Assembly (NCBI RefSeq): GCF_006345805.1
Contig: NC_042997.1
Location: forward strand, 128,650,001 to 128,714,000
Length of the DNA stretch: 64,000 bases
Source of the DNA: Octopus sinensis
Taxonomy: Eukaryota
Reading direction: 5' to 3'
In this document: positions 12,633-25,160 of the stretch, piece by piece
Layout of the letters: every line of letters begins with the position of its first letter
Numbering within the stretch: the first letter of the stretch is position 1
The notes under the pieces: generated by a model
Told to the model about the DNA's origin: nothing
Databases searched by the model: none
Seen by the model: only the letters and a program-made list of their open reading frames with translations
Translations under genes and position numbers: made by a program

Positions 12633-14576
12633 ATTAGCACACACACACACACACACACACTGTGGGAGCCATCACTCTAGGGTTACTAGAAAGAATACTG
12701 TCATTCAGTCTTTGATTTCCTCTAGTTGAGGACATTTTGTTGCAAACATTTGGGACCAGGTCTTGAATCTGAGGATAATTTTTTTCCTGTCCTCCTACAG
12801 GTCATGGAGGCCCTGGAAAGAATCATTACTCTTAATCTTTGTTTTCTATTTAAGTCATTAAAAAATAGGTTTGTCTATGCTATGTAGACAGAAGAAAGGT
12901 ACTTAGGCTAATGGCATTATTTCCCATTAAGGTGCTAATAGTGTGTTTTACAGCTGTCTCATAATAGATATAATAATTACTTAATTGCTGACATTTCCAT
13001 CTATAAAATTCTACAAACACTAAAAACTTTTTTCTTGTTATTTTTTTTATGCTCTTTTACAGTAATATGTTTACACTAACTTACCTTTATTGTTTTCTGT
13101 GTGGATAGATTCTGTCTCTAAATTACTTTATTTCTAAACATTTTTATTATCCTACAAGTGTACAACCTTGTATATTTGCTTGGTGATTCTTTCATCACAA
13201 CTAAAGCAAGTACAAGGAGGCTATGTCTTACTGATGAGGTCAGAATAATACTAAAACATGTCCAGTGTTGTCTTACATACATGTCAGAAAATGCAAATAA
13301 TATTAGGTTAATTTGTTTATAACTATTTTTACTTACATTTTAAAATATTCTAACACTAACGTATTCAAAAGTTGTTTTTTTTTACCATTGTCTGATATTA
13401 CATTTGACAAATTTCTGTATCTGCATTCTCACATGGGTTTGCCGTTAACTATATCTCCATGTAGAATACTTCAGATATATTGCTGATTACAACCATGTGT
13501 GGATCTTGAAGTGGATTATATAATCCTATTTCTGTAAGCAAATCTAAGTATTAAATTATTCCTGCTCCCATTACATTATTATGATCCAACTTATGCTATC
13601 AATATTGCAGTCATATGCTTGTTAATACCTACTCTCAAGCAATTTTCCTTCCATTTATACAACTACCTGGTGAAATATTATGTTTGCAAGCACATTACTT
13701 AACTGATACTTTACTATAACTTAACCACTGCTTCTGAAAAGCAAAATTTGCAGTTTCACAATAAATAAATAAATAAATAAGGGAAGCTGTAAGGAAATGC
13801 TAACAACATAAATAACTATAGCATTAGTAAGAATGGTAAGACGACTACAATTTACTGGACTACTCATTTACACACTCTCAAATATTTGCAAGTGACCCTA
13901 ACTAGCACCATACTTCCTAAATAGTTTTTAACTTCCCTATCGAAGGCTACAGTAGTATTTATGTTCCTCCTCCCAATTTAGTTTTTCTTGTATTGTTTCA
14001 AATTTATAAGCCTCCTCATCTCTATAATCAGTATTTTATGTTTTGACATTGCGTAAGAACTTTACAATATTCATACATTTTTCTCCTTCTTCTTTTAAAT
14101 AATGTTTTCTGTTTTTATCTGTTCTTCAGTATTTCTGAAAGAGAATTTTTTTGGCTATTAAAGTATAGCTCTGTGTGTGTGTGTGTGTGTTTGCATGTGT
14201 GCATGTGCACATGTGAGAGTAGGGGTGTGAGGAGTAACTGGGGAAAGAGAGTAGGGGAAAGAAAGAAAAGGAAAAGGATAGTAAGAGAGAGAAAGGAAGA
14301 GGAAAAAACACAGATTTGTTTGCACGAAGATATATGTACCATTATCTATATTTGAACATAGAATTTACTTTCTGTCTGTCTCTTTCCCTCTCAGAACACA
14401 CACACACACACATGTATATCTGTATATTTCTATTTAAAAAACTTAGTCTCTCTCTCTCTCACACACACTATACACATACCATGTATCTGAGGCTGTAAGA
14501 TGCTACACAGTAGGATTGGACCTGGAACTATGTGATTGCAAAGCAAACTTTTTGACCACATTGCTATGCATGTGCC

Positions 14577-15560
14577 TCATCATCATCATCATTGTTCTTT
14601 TACAATTGCTTTACAGGCTGGCATGGGTTGGACAAGTCAGCACAGCTTCAATCATCTCTTATTAGGACTTACTGCTGCTACAAAGATTAGCTTAGTTTGT
14701 ACAGCTTGATGTCTTTCCTATTGCTAATCAGTTTACAGAGGGTACAGGGTGCATTTTATCATAGTACAAACACTAGAGAGGTTGAGTAGATCTCACAACC
14801 CTACACTTTCCTTAATTTTTAGTTGATCACTTTACAATGTGATCAATATTGGGGGTATTTTCATGGCACCAGCTCTAGAGGGGCAACTTCGTTCAACATT
14901 CACCTGGAGAGGGAGCAGGGCAGATTCTGTCAGCACAAGTACAGCCAGTGAGGTGCCTTGTACACATCTACACATCGCACATATGCAGAGTACTCACTAA
15001 ACCTAATATATGTAGACCAAGAGGATAGGAGAGAGAATATAATGTTAGCAGAAAGACCAGACATGGACAGTTGAGAGGGAAGATAGGAGTGTAAGTGTTG
15101 AGAGTACTCAAGTATTAGCATTTGTTCAAGTGATCTAGAATTGGTGAGAGAGTAATGAGTTATGACATTAGAAGAACCAGAATGGATGGAGGAAGCAAGG
15201 GTAAGATGGGCAACTATGATCAGAAAACAATAGGGATATTTGGAAGTGTGGAGTAATTGACAATAGCAGAGGTGAACAAAGGCAAGGGTTAGTGATGAGA
15301 TAAAGGCAATGAATTATTATTTAGTGCCAACATTTTTGTTGCACTAACCGTGACCTGGGTCACTGACACAGGTGTATGTTCATGTGAAAGTAAAATAAGA
15401 GGAACAGACTTAGAGGTGCAATAGGGTGGTAGCAGAGTGAGAATAAAAGAGTAGACACTCGTTGAAAGGAGAGAGTATGAAGTTAAATGGTTAGTGTCAG
15501 GAATTACAGAGAAATGTAGAAAGGTAACCAAATGGAGGCTAGTCAAATATGATACCTACC
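14577..15560 (-). mobile_element. RTE-type retroposon tail joined to a long GA-rich (sense TC-rich) segment
   Basis: CATCATCAT...GCTGGCATGGGTTGGAC...CAGCTTGATGTCTTTCCTATTGCTAA...GGCACCAGC followed by several hundred bp of purine-rich sequence; same architecture at 33030-33950 and 55670-56660. Confidence 0.55.
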
Positions 15561-15633
15561 CAATTTATCATTCAGTTGAGTTTGCAGATATTCCAGTACT
15601 GAAGGTAAATCTATTTCCTTCCTATGCCCCCCC

Positions 15634-15655
15634 CTCTCTCTCTCTCTCTATCTAT

Positions 15656-15748
<93 letters not shown>

Positions 15749-15750
15749 CA
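15634..15750. repeat. Compound (CT)n(CTAT)n(AT)n microsatellite
   Basis: Directly visible. Confidence 0.95.
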
Positions 15751-16435
15751 TAATTTTCTACCTTGTTATATAGGTATCATTTCTCATTTTCTTGCTTTTT
15801 CTGACTCCCATAGCCTATTTTTCTTTCATACTATCTTTTCACTTCTTATTGAGTTTAATTCTTTCTCTTTTCCTCTCTCTCTCTCTCTCCCTGTCCCACC
15901 TCCCTCTTTCTCATTCTTCCATCTTCTCCTATCTACATTCCTCAACTCCCACTTTTATTTTACCACTACCACCACTCATTACCTAAGTATCAGTATGACA
16001 TGATTAAAGTATCAGAAAATCCAATTTTAAATACTCTTTAACCATTCTCTATATTCTTGATTCCTTCCTTAATCTTTAATCCACTGTTAATCCTATTCTA
16101 TTCCGCTTTCATCCTTTTTCTATATTTCACATCTTTTGACATCCAAATCTGTTTCTCAAATAAATCCACATTTAAAGATATTTGTTCTTATAAACTCTAT
16201 TGCTGTTACATTAAAGTTCTTATACTAATCATTCAAGTAGACGCATAAATATACACACAGGTATGTACATGTGCATGTGTATATATGTCTGTGTATGTAA
16301 ATATATGTATGTGTGTGTATATATATATGCACACATGTATACACATATATGTGTGTGTCTGTATATATACTTGTGTATATGTGTGTGAGTATGTATATAC
16401 ATATGTATGTCTGTATGTATATGTGTGTGTGTGTA

Positions 16436-16627
16436 TTCTTTTCTTTTATTTGTTTCAGTCATTTGACTGCAGCCATGCAGGTGCACCGACTTTAGTCAAA
16501 CAAATTGACCCGAGGTCTTATTCTTTGTAAGTCCAGTACATATTCTATTGGCCTTTTTTGCCGAACTACTAAGTTACGAGAATATAAACACACCAACATC
16601 GGATGTCAAGCGACTGTAGGGGTACAA

Positions 16628-16698
<71 letters not shown>

Positions 16699-16850
16699 TA
16701 CAATGGGTTTCTCTCAGTTTCCAACTACCAAATCCACTCACAAGGCTTTGGTCAGCCCAAGGCTATAGTAGAAGACACTTGCCCAAGGTGACATGTAGTG
16801 GGACTGAACCCAGAACAATGTGGTTGGTAAGCAAGCTACTTACCACACTG
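16436..16850 (-). mobile_element. SINE family B, full length with internal (CA)/(TA) microsatellite
   Basis: Reverse complement begins GTGTGGTAAGTAGCTTGCTTACCAACCAC..GGGTTCAGTCCCACT and ends GCATGGCTGCAGTCAAATGACTGAAACAAATAAAAG. Confidence 0.85.
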
Positions 16851-17128
16851 GACTCTCCCATTGAAGACAACAGATGAGTGTTCAGCCTTTGCCAAACAAC
16901 CTGCACAAATGATTTATTTGTGGTAACCAAGCATTTGTGCTATACATTAGCCCACTCTCTCCATCAAATTGATGTTGTCTGAATAGGTGCATTACACACT
17001 ACATGTCAGGTGTCAAAGTCATCAATGAAGTGTTTTGTTCAGGAACACAACACGCTACCTTGTCTAGGAATTGAAATCACAATGACTAGTTCATGAGTGC
17101 AACACCCTAACCTCTAAGCCATGCACCC
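16851..17128 (-). mobile_element. tRNA-derived SINE, family C
   Basis: Reverse complement begins GCATGGCTTAGAGGTTAGGGTGTTGCACTCATG...TTTCAATTCC; colinear with 31675-31935 (+). Confidence 0.75.
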
Positions 17129-17234
17129 TAACATATATATATATATATATTGTAAAATATCAATTATTATTATTGAGTTTGAAAACAGACAGATCTAATG
17201 AATACAAATTAATTTAATAATTGATTAACATATT

Positions 17235-17330
17235 CACCTACAATTGTTTCATTTCTCAACCAAAATTAAAACTACAAGACATATATAATTTTACATTTCA
17301 AAATACCTTGGGTGGAAAATCATCAGGGTG
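17235..17330 (-). ncRNA. Minimal type I hammerhead ribozyme motif (Penelope-like element type) with enlarged helix II
   Basis: Minus strand: CACC-CTGATGA-[69 nt, imperfect stem TTTCCACCCAA/TTGGTTGAGAAA]-GAAA-CAATTG-TA-GGTG. Helix I CACC/GGTG, palindromic helix III ACAATTGT, GUA cleavage triplet. Confidence 0.65.
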
Positions 17331-17540
17331 CACAAAGGACAATACAAGGATTGCATTATGATCTGTTGGAATATTCAGAATATATAGCCTTGTTTATTAT
17401 GTGTGTATGTATATGTGCATGTGTGACACACAGATACATGCATGCATACATACATACATACACACACTTACACACACACACACATACAATAAACAGGACT
17501 ATATATGGATCGTAATGTAATCCTTGTATTGTCCTTTGTG

Positions 17541-17644
17541 CAAACTAACGGTTTTCCATCCAAGTTATCTTAAAATGCAAAATTATATATTTATATATGT
17601 TTTGTAGTTTTAATTTTGGTTAAGAAATGAAACAAGTGTAGTTG
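17541..17644 (+). pseudogene. Degenerate mirror copy of the hammerhead motif
   Basis: CAAA-CTAACGG-...-GAAA-CAAGTG-TA-GTTG; the CTGATGA core is mutated at three positions. Confidence 0.55.
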
Positions 17645-17828
17645 AATATGTTAATTAATTAAAAAATTAATTTCTATCCATTAGATCCGTCTGTTTTGAA
17701 ACTCAATAATAATATTTGATATTTTACGTTATTTTATATAATATATTAAACCAGTGTATCTTGGGTAAAGATATCCCTATAAGAGGTTTAAATATCCTCT
17801 TTGTGACATATATATATATATATGTATG

Positions 17829-17902
<74 letters not shown>

Positions 17903-17909
17903 ATACAGG

Positions 17910-18068
17910 CTAAAAATCAGGAGATTGTGAGTTCTATTCCTGGACTGGGCTGCGTGTTGCGTTCTTGAGCAAGACACTTTGAAACAGGGTGGGAGTTGGT
18001 GACAGGCCATAAAAAAATTGCCTCGGAGGATTCTGTCTGACCCATGCAAGCATGGAAAAACAAACAGA
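17910..18068 (+). mobile_element. SINE fragment (family C head joined to RTE-type tail)
   Basis: GAGATTGTGAGTTCTATTCCTGGAC..GTTGCGTTCTTGAGCAAGACACTTT followed by GACCCATGCAAGCATGGAAAA. Confidence 0.65.
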
Positions 18069-18094
18069 GTAATAACAATGATAATAATAATAGA

Positions 18095-18212
18095 GATGAA
18101 AGGCAAAGTTAACCTCAGCAAGATATGAACTCGGAATGTATACAGTCTAAGCAAATTCAATAAGACAGTTTTTTTCTAGCACTCTAATAATTCTGGTAAT
18201 TCACCACCTTCA
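18095..18212 (-). mobile_element. SINE family A, 5' part
   Basis: GATGAAAGGCAAAGTTAACCTCAGC...TGAACTCGGAA...TAATTCACCACCTT is the reverse complement of the family A head and core. Confidence 0.65.
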
Positions 18213-18556
18213 CATGATGGTGAATATAATAGAAACACTAAAACAGCAGCAGAAAGAAGTCAAACCCTATTCTACAGCAAAACTGATGCAATATATTAAC
18301 ATGATTCAATGTGCTAAAAACACAATGCTGACTGCACCTCTGGAACATTGAGTTGCAGTTGGTGCTGCAGTTGAAATTTGCACACGAATCTAAATAATAA
18401 TAACGATAATTAACAACTAATAATAGTAAAAATAATGAGGTAGAGGAGGATTGTAATGATAATAATAGTGACATTATTATTATTATCATTATTATTATTA
18501 TTTTAATTATTACTATTAACAACAACAATTGTTATAATACTTGTACTACTATTATT

Positions 18557-19405
18557 CATCATATCATCATCATCATTTAGCGTCCGTTTTCCATGTAGCA
18601 TGGGTTGGACGGTTCAAATGGGTGTCTGGGGAGCCCGAAGGCTGCACCAGGCCAGTCAGATCTGGCAGTGTTATACAGCTGGATGCCCCTTCTAACGCCA
18701 ACCACTCCGAGAGTGTAGTGGGTGATTTTATGTGCCACGACACAGGTGCCAGACGAGGCTGGCGAACGGCCACGCTCGGATGGTTGTTTATGTGCCATAC
18801 CGACACAGGTGCCAGACGAGGCTGGCAGACGGCCACGCTCGGATGGTGTTTTATGTGCCAACGACACAGGTGCCAGATGAGGCTGGCAGGTGCAAGACGA
18901 GGCTGGCAGACGGCCACGCTCGGATGGTTGTTTTTATGTGCCACGACACAGGGTGCAGATGAGGGGGCGGACGGCCACGATCGGTGGTGTTTGTTACGTC
19001 CCCAAAGCACGGAGCCAGTCTATGCGGTATGGCTACGGCCACGTTCGGATGATTTTCTTGTGTGCCACCGGCACTGGTACCACAAAGATCACAAATTCCA
19101 TTTATGCTCATCTATTTGATTGTTTTGATTTGATTGTTTGATTTTCACTTGCCTCAACAGGTCTTCACAAGTGTCACAAGAAGGAAGGTATGCACAGGTG
19201 GACTGTCTACGTCGCCGGGTCTTCGGATGGTGTCTTTATGTGCCACCGACACAGGTGCCAGATGTGGCTGGCGAACGGCCACGATCGGATGGTTTTCTTG
19301 TGTGCCACCGGTACTGGAACCACAAAGATACAAATTCCATTGATGTTCATCTATTTTGATTTGGTTTGATTTTCACTTGCCTCAACAGGTCTTCACAAGT
19401 GTCAC
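18557..19405 (-). mobile_element. RTE-type retroposon 3' region with internal GC-rich ~60-bp tandem array and a ~130-bp duplication
   Basis: Tail CATCATCATTTAGCGTCCGTTTTCCATG; units TTTATGTGCCA(C)CGACACAGGTGCCAGACGAGGCTGGCRRACGGCCACGCTCGGATGGT at about 18728, 18788, 18850, 18932 and 19236; 19037-19177 is repeated at 19277-19405. Confidence 0.85.
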
Positions 19406-20009
19406 GCGTGTATAGACATTTATTTCTTATTAATATTTATATAACTTTTACATTAAAAACACTTTACTCTAATGATAAAAATGTTTGTGTAAAGTGTTTT
19501 TCTATGTTCCTGCAACTCATTAATATCTGAATATTATTATATTATAGCTGTCAGATTGAGCCAAACGACCCACCTCTATATATCATCTTAATGAAAGTAA
19601 TTAGTCCCAGATGGGATAATTATAGTAAGTTTAATAATTGACTAAGAACAGCACCTATTTTTTTTTATTGAAAAAGGCTTATATTCATGGAATTGATTGT
19701 GATTAGGGTAACCATACTTTTTATTATGCAGTCAGGACAGGTGAGGATCTCAATTCACATTCTCAAAAACATATTATATAATACATACATGTAAGATGTG
19801 AATGTAATATACAGAGCCATCTTAGCAATACTATAGGCCTTCAGGCAATTCAGTGCACTGGGCTTTGTTGTATTTATGTATTGACAACAAGCCACAGCAT
19901 ACATGGATCTGAATTGGGCCCTTAGACCCATGAGGACCCCAAGACAATTGCTCAGTGTTCCCAAGACCTAAAATGGTACTGGTGATATATATATATATAT
20001 ATATATACA

Positions 20010-20516
20010 CCTGTTTCTGTTCTCTTTCTTGTACCTCTCTCTCTCTCTTCTTCCCACTCTCTCTTCTCTCTCCCCTTTCTCTTTTCTCTGTCTCTCTTCC
20101 CCCTCCTCTCCTCTCTCTCTCTCTCTCCTTCTGGCCAGGTAATCATGTACCCCCTTATAGCAAGACACCTGTTTCTGCCTCTGTTTCTCTGTTACACTCT
20201 AACCTTTCATCATCTGACGCAAGATCCCCTCCTCCAATGCCCCCTCGCTTCTCAAAATTCCTTGTCTTGCAAGTTACTTAGTAACCCTGCCAGTGCAGGT
20301 GTTACATAAAAAAACATCCAGTCCACACTGTAAAGTGTTTAATATCTGGAAGGGTATCCAGCTTCAAAAATCAGTCTACTCTGTAGAGTGGTTGGTGCTA
20401 GGAAGGGCATCAAGCCATAAAATCCATGCTAAAACAGGCACAGAAGTTTGGTGCAGTCTTCTGCCTGGCCAGCTCTTGTCAAGCCATCCAACCCAAACCA
20501 GCATGATGATGATGAT
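20010..20516 (+). mobile_element. RTE-type retroposon 3' region with TC-rich upstream part
   Basis: CT-rich tract, then GAGTGGTTGGTGCTAGGAAGGGCATC...CCATCCAACCC..CAGCATGATGATGATG tail. Confidence 0.7.
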
Positions 20517-21099
20517 ATAATATTAAATAGATGTAATATGTGTGTATGTGTATGTGTGTGTTATATGTATATCTACATGCACACTCATATATCATATGGC
20601 ATTGGGAAGATGGCGGTAGTAATAGCTGTGGTAGTTAAGGTTGTAGTGTTGATGATAAAGATGATAAGTATTGTATTTAGACTAAATAGCATTGCTTTCT
20701 GAGCTCATGAAGTGTTCTTTGTCATCTCTTAATGGATAACAGTCCTGCCTGAAGTGTAAAAACCATTACATACTCCAACAGAGAGAAAATAGAACATTCT
20801 CTTTACATTAAACAGAGCAGCAAAGCCAAAATTCATATTCTGTTGGGTGAGAAACCTAATTCTTAGCTGTTCTCAAAGCTAGTGCTGATAATATCATTTC
20901 TTTAACAGGATACAAACAGTAGAAATTTACATGGAAATGAATAAAAAGAAAGCAACAACAGATTCCTATAAAAATGACAATAAGAAAAGATCTCCATTAG
21001 CACTAAGAACCAATTAAGAATCCCATACATCCAGAATTACCCTAACCACTGAGGACATGTTGTATTCTGCAGCCTACAGACACTTGTTGAGGATCGGTT

Positions 21100-21410
21100 C
21101 AATCACTCAAGTTATGCTCAAAACCTTCACTTGTCTTTTAACAAATGTACTGGAGAATAACACCTCCCTCTCTGTCTTCATCTCTTTTCTCAAGTGGAAT
21201 TTCTAAAAAACAATAAGAGCTGGACCAATGAGGAAAGTGTCTGTCTTCAGTCATTTCAGATGCATTAACCACACAGCCTATTTCTCCGTAACTACTAGAC
21301 AAAGAAAACTACCTGTCCTTCAAGATCAAAGAAAATGAGAGAGGGATTTTTTCACAAGTCTCAGCAGATAGCTGGATTCATTGAGCACATGACAACAACT
21401 GTTCAACAAA
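21100..21410 (+). mobile_element. Possible decayed RT fragment of an R2/NeSL/HERO-like non-LTR element
   Basis: Frame-hopping pieces EESVCL/SHFRCI...YFSVTT...ENYL...ERG...IAGFIEH resemble the PKE..S...QFR.I...FFS....YL...QKG...GC.EH segment of RLE-clade RTs. Confidence 0.35.
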
Positions 21411-21439
21411 ACTCGATAAGTCAATAAAGCTCATTCTGT

Positions 21440-22985
21440 GTACACAGTATGCACAGAATGTTTTCATTACCCTGTATGCATGTATGTCAAACTGACCTAG
21501 CTGATGGTATTTCTTTGTCTGTAGAATTTGTCTTAAACCAGTAGTACCTCTTCACTGCTGCTGCACTTCTTGAATTGAATTTTCTGCAAGTTGTCCATAA
21601 TCTCCAGGCTAAAAAGTCCTCCAGAACAGGTGATTCTTGTCAATGTCCAGAGTTTCCTCATGAATGTTGTCATTCTTCCACATCATTAATCTTTTGAAGA
21701 ATACCAAAATATAAGTTCCACAGGCTACATTGCCAGACTGGTAGATGACTGTGATCACTTTAAACATTGTGGATGTTAGGCACCTAATCTTGGTTTTGAC
21801 TGATTCAGTTTTGAGAATGTGGTCATTAGCATGCTGCAAGTTCCTACTGTGAACCAATTTTAAACTGTTCTCATAAGGTATGGAGAACAATAACAACCAG
21901 AATAGAGACAAGAAACATGCATTGAAGAAGCCTTTTTAATATAAATTTTTCACTGCACCCATTGTTAACTCTCACATTGCCAATGGTATCTATACATCTA
22001 CACAGTTTTCTAAGTGACCACCAGACTACAGAATAGGGGACCCTATCAAAGACCTCCAGGTTAATGACTACTGGATGTACTGGTTTGCTCTTAACTAAGA
22101 GTTTGTGTAAGTGCCTCACTAACTTGTAGCATAAATCTGAAATACATATCATCTTAGCAAATCCCCATCTTAATCAGTTGTGCTATAACTGTTTTTGATA
22201 TTTTCATAATTTGGCCTGTCAGTTTGATCCCTCTATGCCAGTCAGTAGGAATGGCACCTGACTGTACTACCCAGTTGACTATGCATGCTTGTGCATGTTC
22301 TACCTTGCTAGATATTTTCAGCTTCTCAGTGACCATCCCTAAAGACCAAGCTGCTTACCTTTCCTGCATAATCTTGATCTTGCTTTTGATCATAGAGCTG
22401 TTAAGTGCAATAGATGGTCCTGTTGTTGGTTCTACATATGCTAGTTGCTCTCTCTTCATGCACTTGCCTCTTCCACAAATATTCATAATGACATCTCCTC
22501 AATTCATCTTCTCGGTGTAAGTGAGAGCAAGTGTACAGCTTTCATTCAGTACAAACTTTTCCCTAATGTTCTGCTTCATGCTGACGCACTGCTTTGCAAT
22601 GTACAATACATCATACCTCTAATCCTCTCACCACAAAATGATAGCAAACCTCTTACTTTCAACTACTGTTGTTGCTAAGTATACTTGACATCTAGCCTAG
22701 TTTCTAGCTACCTGATATTGTTACTTGCTCTGCACTTCCTTCCATTCTCTCCAGGCCTGTCTTTTAGCTTTTATGGCTCTATAATACTATTCCACCAATT
22801 TGTCACTTTTGATCTAGCTGGAACCTTATTCCATCTACACATCTGGTATATGGATCATAACAGGTTGACTCATAGAAACTACCACTTGTTTTGTATGGTT
22901 TATAAGTCTCTATCTCCTCCTCCTTCCATTGTGTGTTGACCACTTGCACTTCCTTGAACCTACATCTGGCAGCAAGCTCTTTCAA
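21440..22985 (-). mobile_element. RTE-clade LINE ORF2 fragment (linker plus RT), decayed
   Basis: KVPARSKVT.WWN...AIKAKRQAWREWK; GAIPTDW; ORF 21871-22152 RHLHKLLVKSKPVHPVVINLEVFDRVPYSVVWWSLRKL (equivalent to RQLQEK...DLEKAFDRVP..IWW.LRKL); LQHANDHIL at the YADD position. Confidence 0.85.
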
Positions 22986-22989
22986 CTTC

Positions 22990-23284
22990 ATATATATGTC
23001 TATGTATATGTGCGTGTATGTATATATATCTATGTATTTATATGTGTCTGTGTGTCTACAAATATATACATATAATACACTCACATATACATGTGTATAT
23101 GCATCCACACACACACATGTACACACACACACACGCACATGAAATATACACATAGTCATATACATATATCAGAGCATGTGTCTATTCATCTATTCTCATA
23201 CAAGTCTATAAAAATGTGTGGGCATATGTGTGTGTGTGTGTGTGCACACATTTATATAGACTTGTACAAGAATCAATGAAGTTT

Positions 23285-23317
<33 letters not shown>

Positions 23318-23731
23318 TATATACATACACACACACACTCTCTGATATATGTATATGACTATGTGTATATTGATGTGTGTGTGTGTGATTTCTGATCTAC
23401 CTTCCAGACCAGCCATGTTCATGCTATAATAAATGTAGATAGAACAGCCGCCGGCAATTCTCAGATGCATCAATGACAAACACATTCACATAAACATATA
23501 TTGAAAGGTCAGAAATATAATGTAAACACTAAATAAAAGTAGTGCTCCAGCTTGGTCACAACACACACTGGTTTATACAAATAGAAGAACCATGTGTGAA
23601 TGCATGTGCGTTTGTATTGTGTGTATGTCTGTCTGTGCATGCATGCATGCATGGGTATGCTTGTGTGTGTAGATATACATACATGTGTGTGTTTGTATAT
23701 ATGTGTCTGTATATCTATCTATCTATCTACC

Positions 23732-23774
<43 letters not shown>

Positions 23775-23950
23775 ACATATATATATACAAACACAGTTCA
23801 ATGCACCATGAGATGGTCTGTGAAGTGTATTGAGTACTTTGTTCTTTTACACAGTGAAAAAACAGCATCTAACCATGCTTTATATGCTGTTATGATATAC
23901 ATACATATATATATATACACACACACACATATATACACACACTCATTTAT

Positions 23951-24001
<51 letters not shown>

Positions 24002-24489
24002 CACACACATACATACAAACATCCATATGTGTCTGTATTTATGTCTGTCTATTCACCTCAGTCATTTTGAGGACGTTCATAGACACATGTAAAGACACAC
24101 ACATATTTATACATGTGCATGTATGTGTATACACTCACAATTGGTGTTATTCACTTTTCCTCATACAGAATTACTTCTACATGCATGTATTCATTTCCTT
24201 GCAAAAATATAACTACATACATATATTCTCATGCTCATGCACGTTTACACATACACAGATAACTTCATACAAGAAAATTATCTCTGCATACATATTCTTA
24301 CACACACGCACATACACACACACACACACATATATGTGTAAGTAATATATATGTATGTGTACACACACACACACACAAATTTATATATGATGATGATGAT
24401 ATCTGTAATGTGTTTGTGTAATATATCATATCAACATCATTTATGAAATATATGTACATATCATATAAATATATTATGATATATACATA

Positions 24490-24536
<47 letters not shown>

Positions 24537-24560
24537 GAAACGGATATAGGTATATATACA
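22990..24560. repeat. Approximately 1.5-kb field of interleaved (TA)/(TG)/(CA) microsatellites
   Basis: Directly visible, with short unique spacers. Confidence 0.9.
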
Positions 24561-24861
24561 TGATGTGTGTGTTATTTTCTTTTATGACAGTTATTTTGAG
24601 CTATATTTCTCATATTTTCTGTGGATGGCAGCTACAGACTGTCAATACTGGTGATTGAACCTCTGATTCCACATACTCACACACACACACACAAACTGAC
24701 AAGCAGTGCCTGAGTATGAAGAAGAGTCTGATATGACTCATCATTATGAAGTAGTAATGTGATGGAATGTGGGATGGGGGAAGGTTAGGATATGTGCTGG
24801 CTGTCCAATACTCTGCCACTGGGGAAGAAATGACTATATTCCTGATCACATCTGACAGATA

Positions 24862-24910
<49 letters not shown>

Positions 24911-25160
24911 GCTACTACCACCACCACCATTATTACTACTGCAACTATTACTACTCCCATCACCACTGCAACTGTTGACTTTACTGCTGCTACTGTTTCT
25001 ATTACAACTGTTGCTGCTACTACTACTGCTACTATTACTACTAATTTAGCTACTTTTACTGCTACTGTTGCTTCTACCATTTCAGCTACTACTACTACTA
25101 CCACCACCACCACTATCACCACCACTACCACCACCACCATCACTACTACTATTACTACAA
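24862..25160. repeat. (ACT)n/(ACC)n degenerate trinucleotide repeat
   Basis: Directly visible; source of the poly-Thr and poly-Val ORFs. Confidence 0.9.

Larger units (their letters stand above)
17151..17728. repeat. Approximately 580-bp foldback (arms about 17151-17410 and 17470-17728) next to (TA)n
   Basis: Left TGTAAAATATCAATTATTATTATTGAGTTTGAAAACAGACAGATCTAATG is the reverse complement of right CATTAGATCCGTCTGTTTTGAAACTCAATAATAATATTTGATATTTTACG; about 87% arm identity by manual count over about 180 nt. Confidence 0.95.

Noticed and set aside
18541-19119. 192-aa ORF with repeated TGARRGWQTATLGW motif; array resembles CRISPR or a repeat protein
   Set aside because: It lies inside a retroposon 3' region, is open on several frames and both strands because of GC-rich tandem units, has no unique spacers or cas genes, and the context is eukaryotic.
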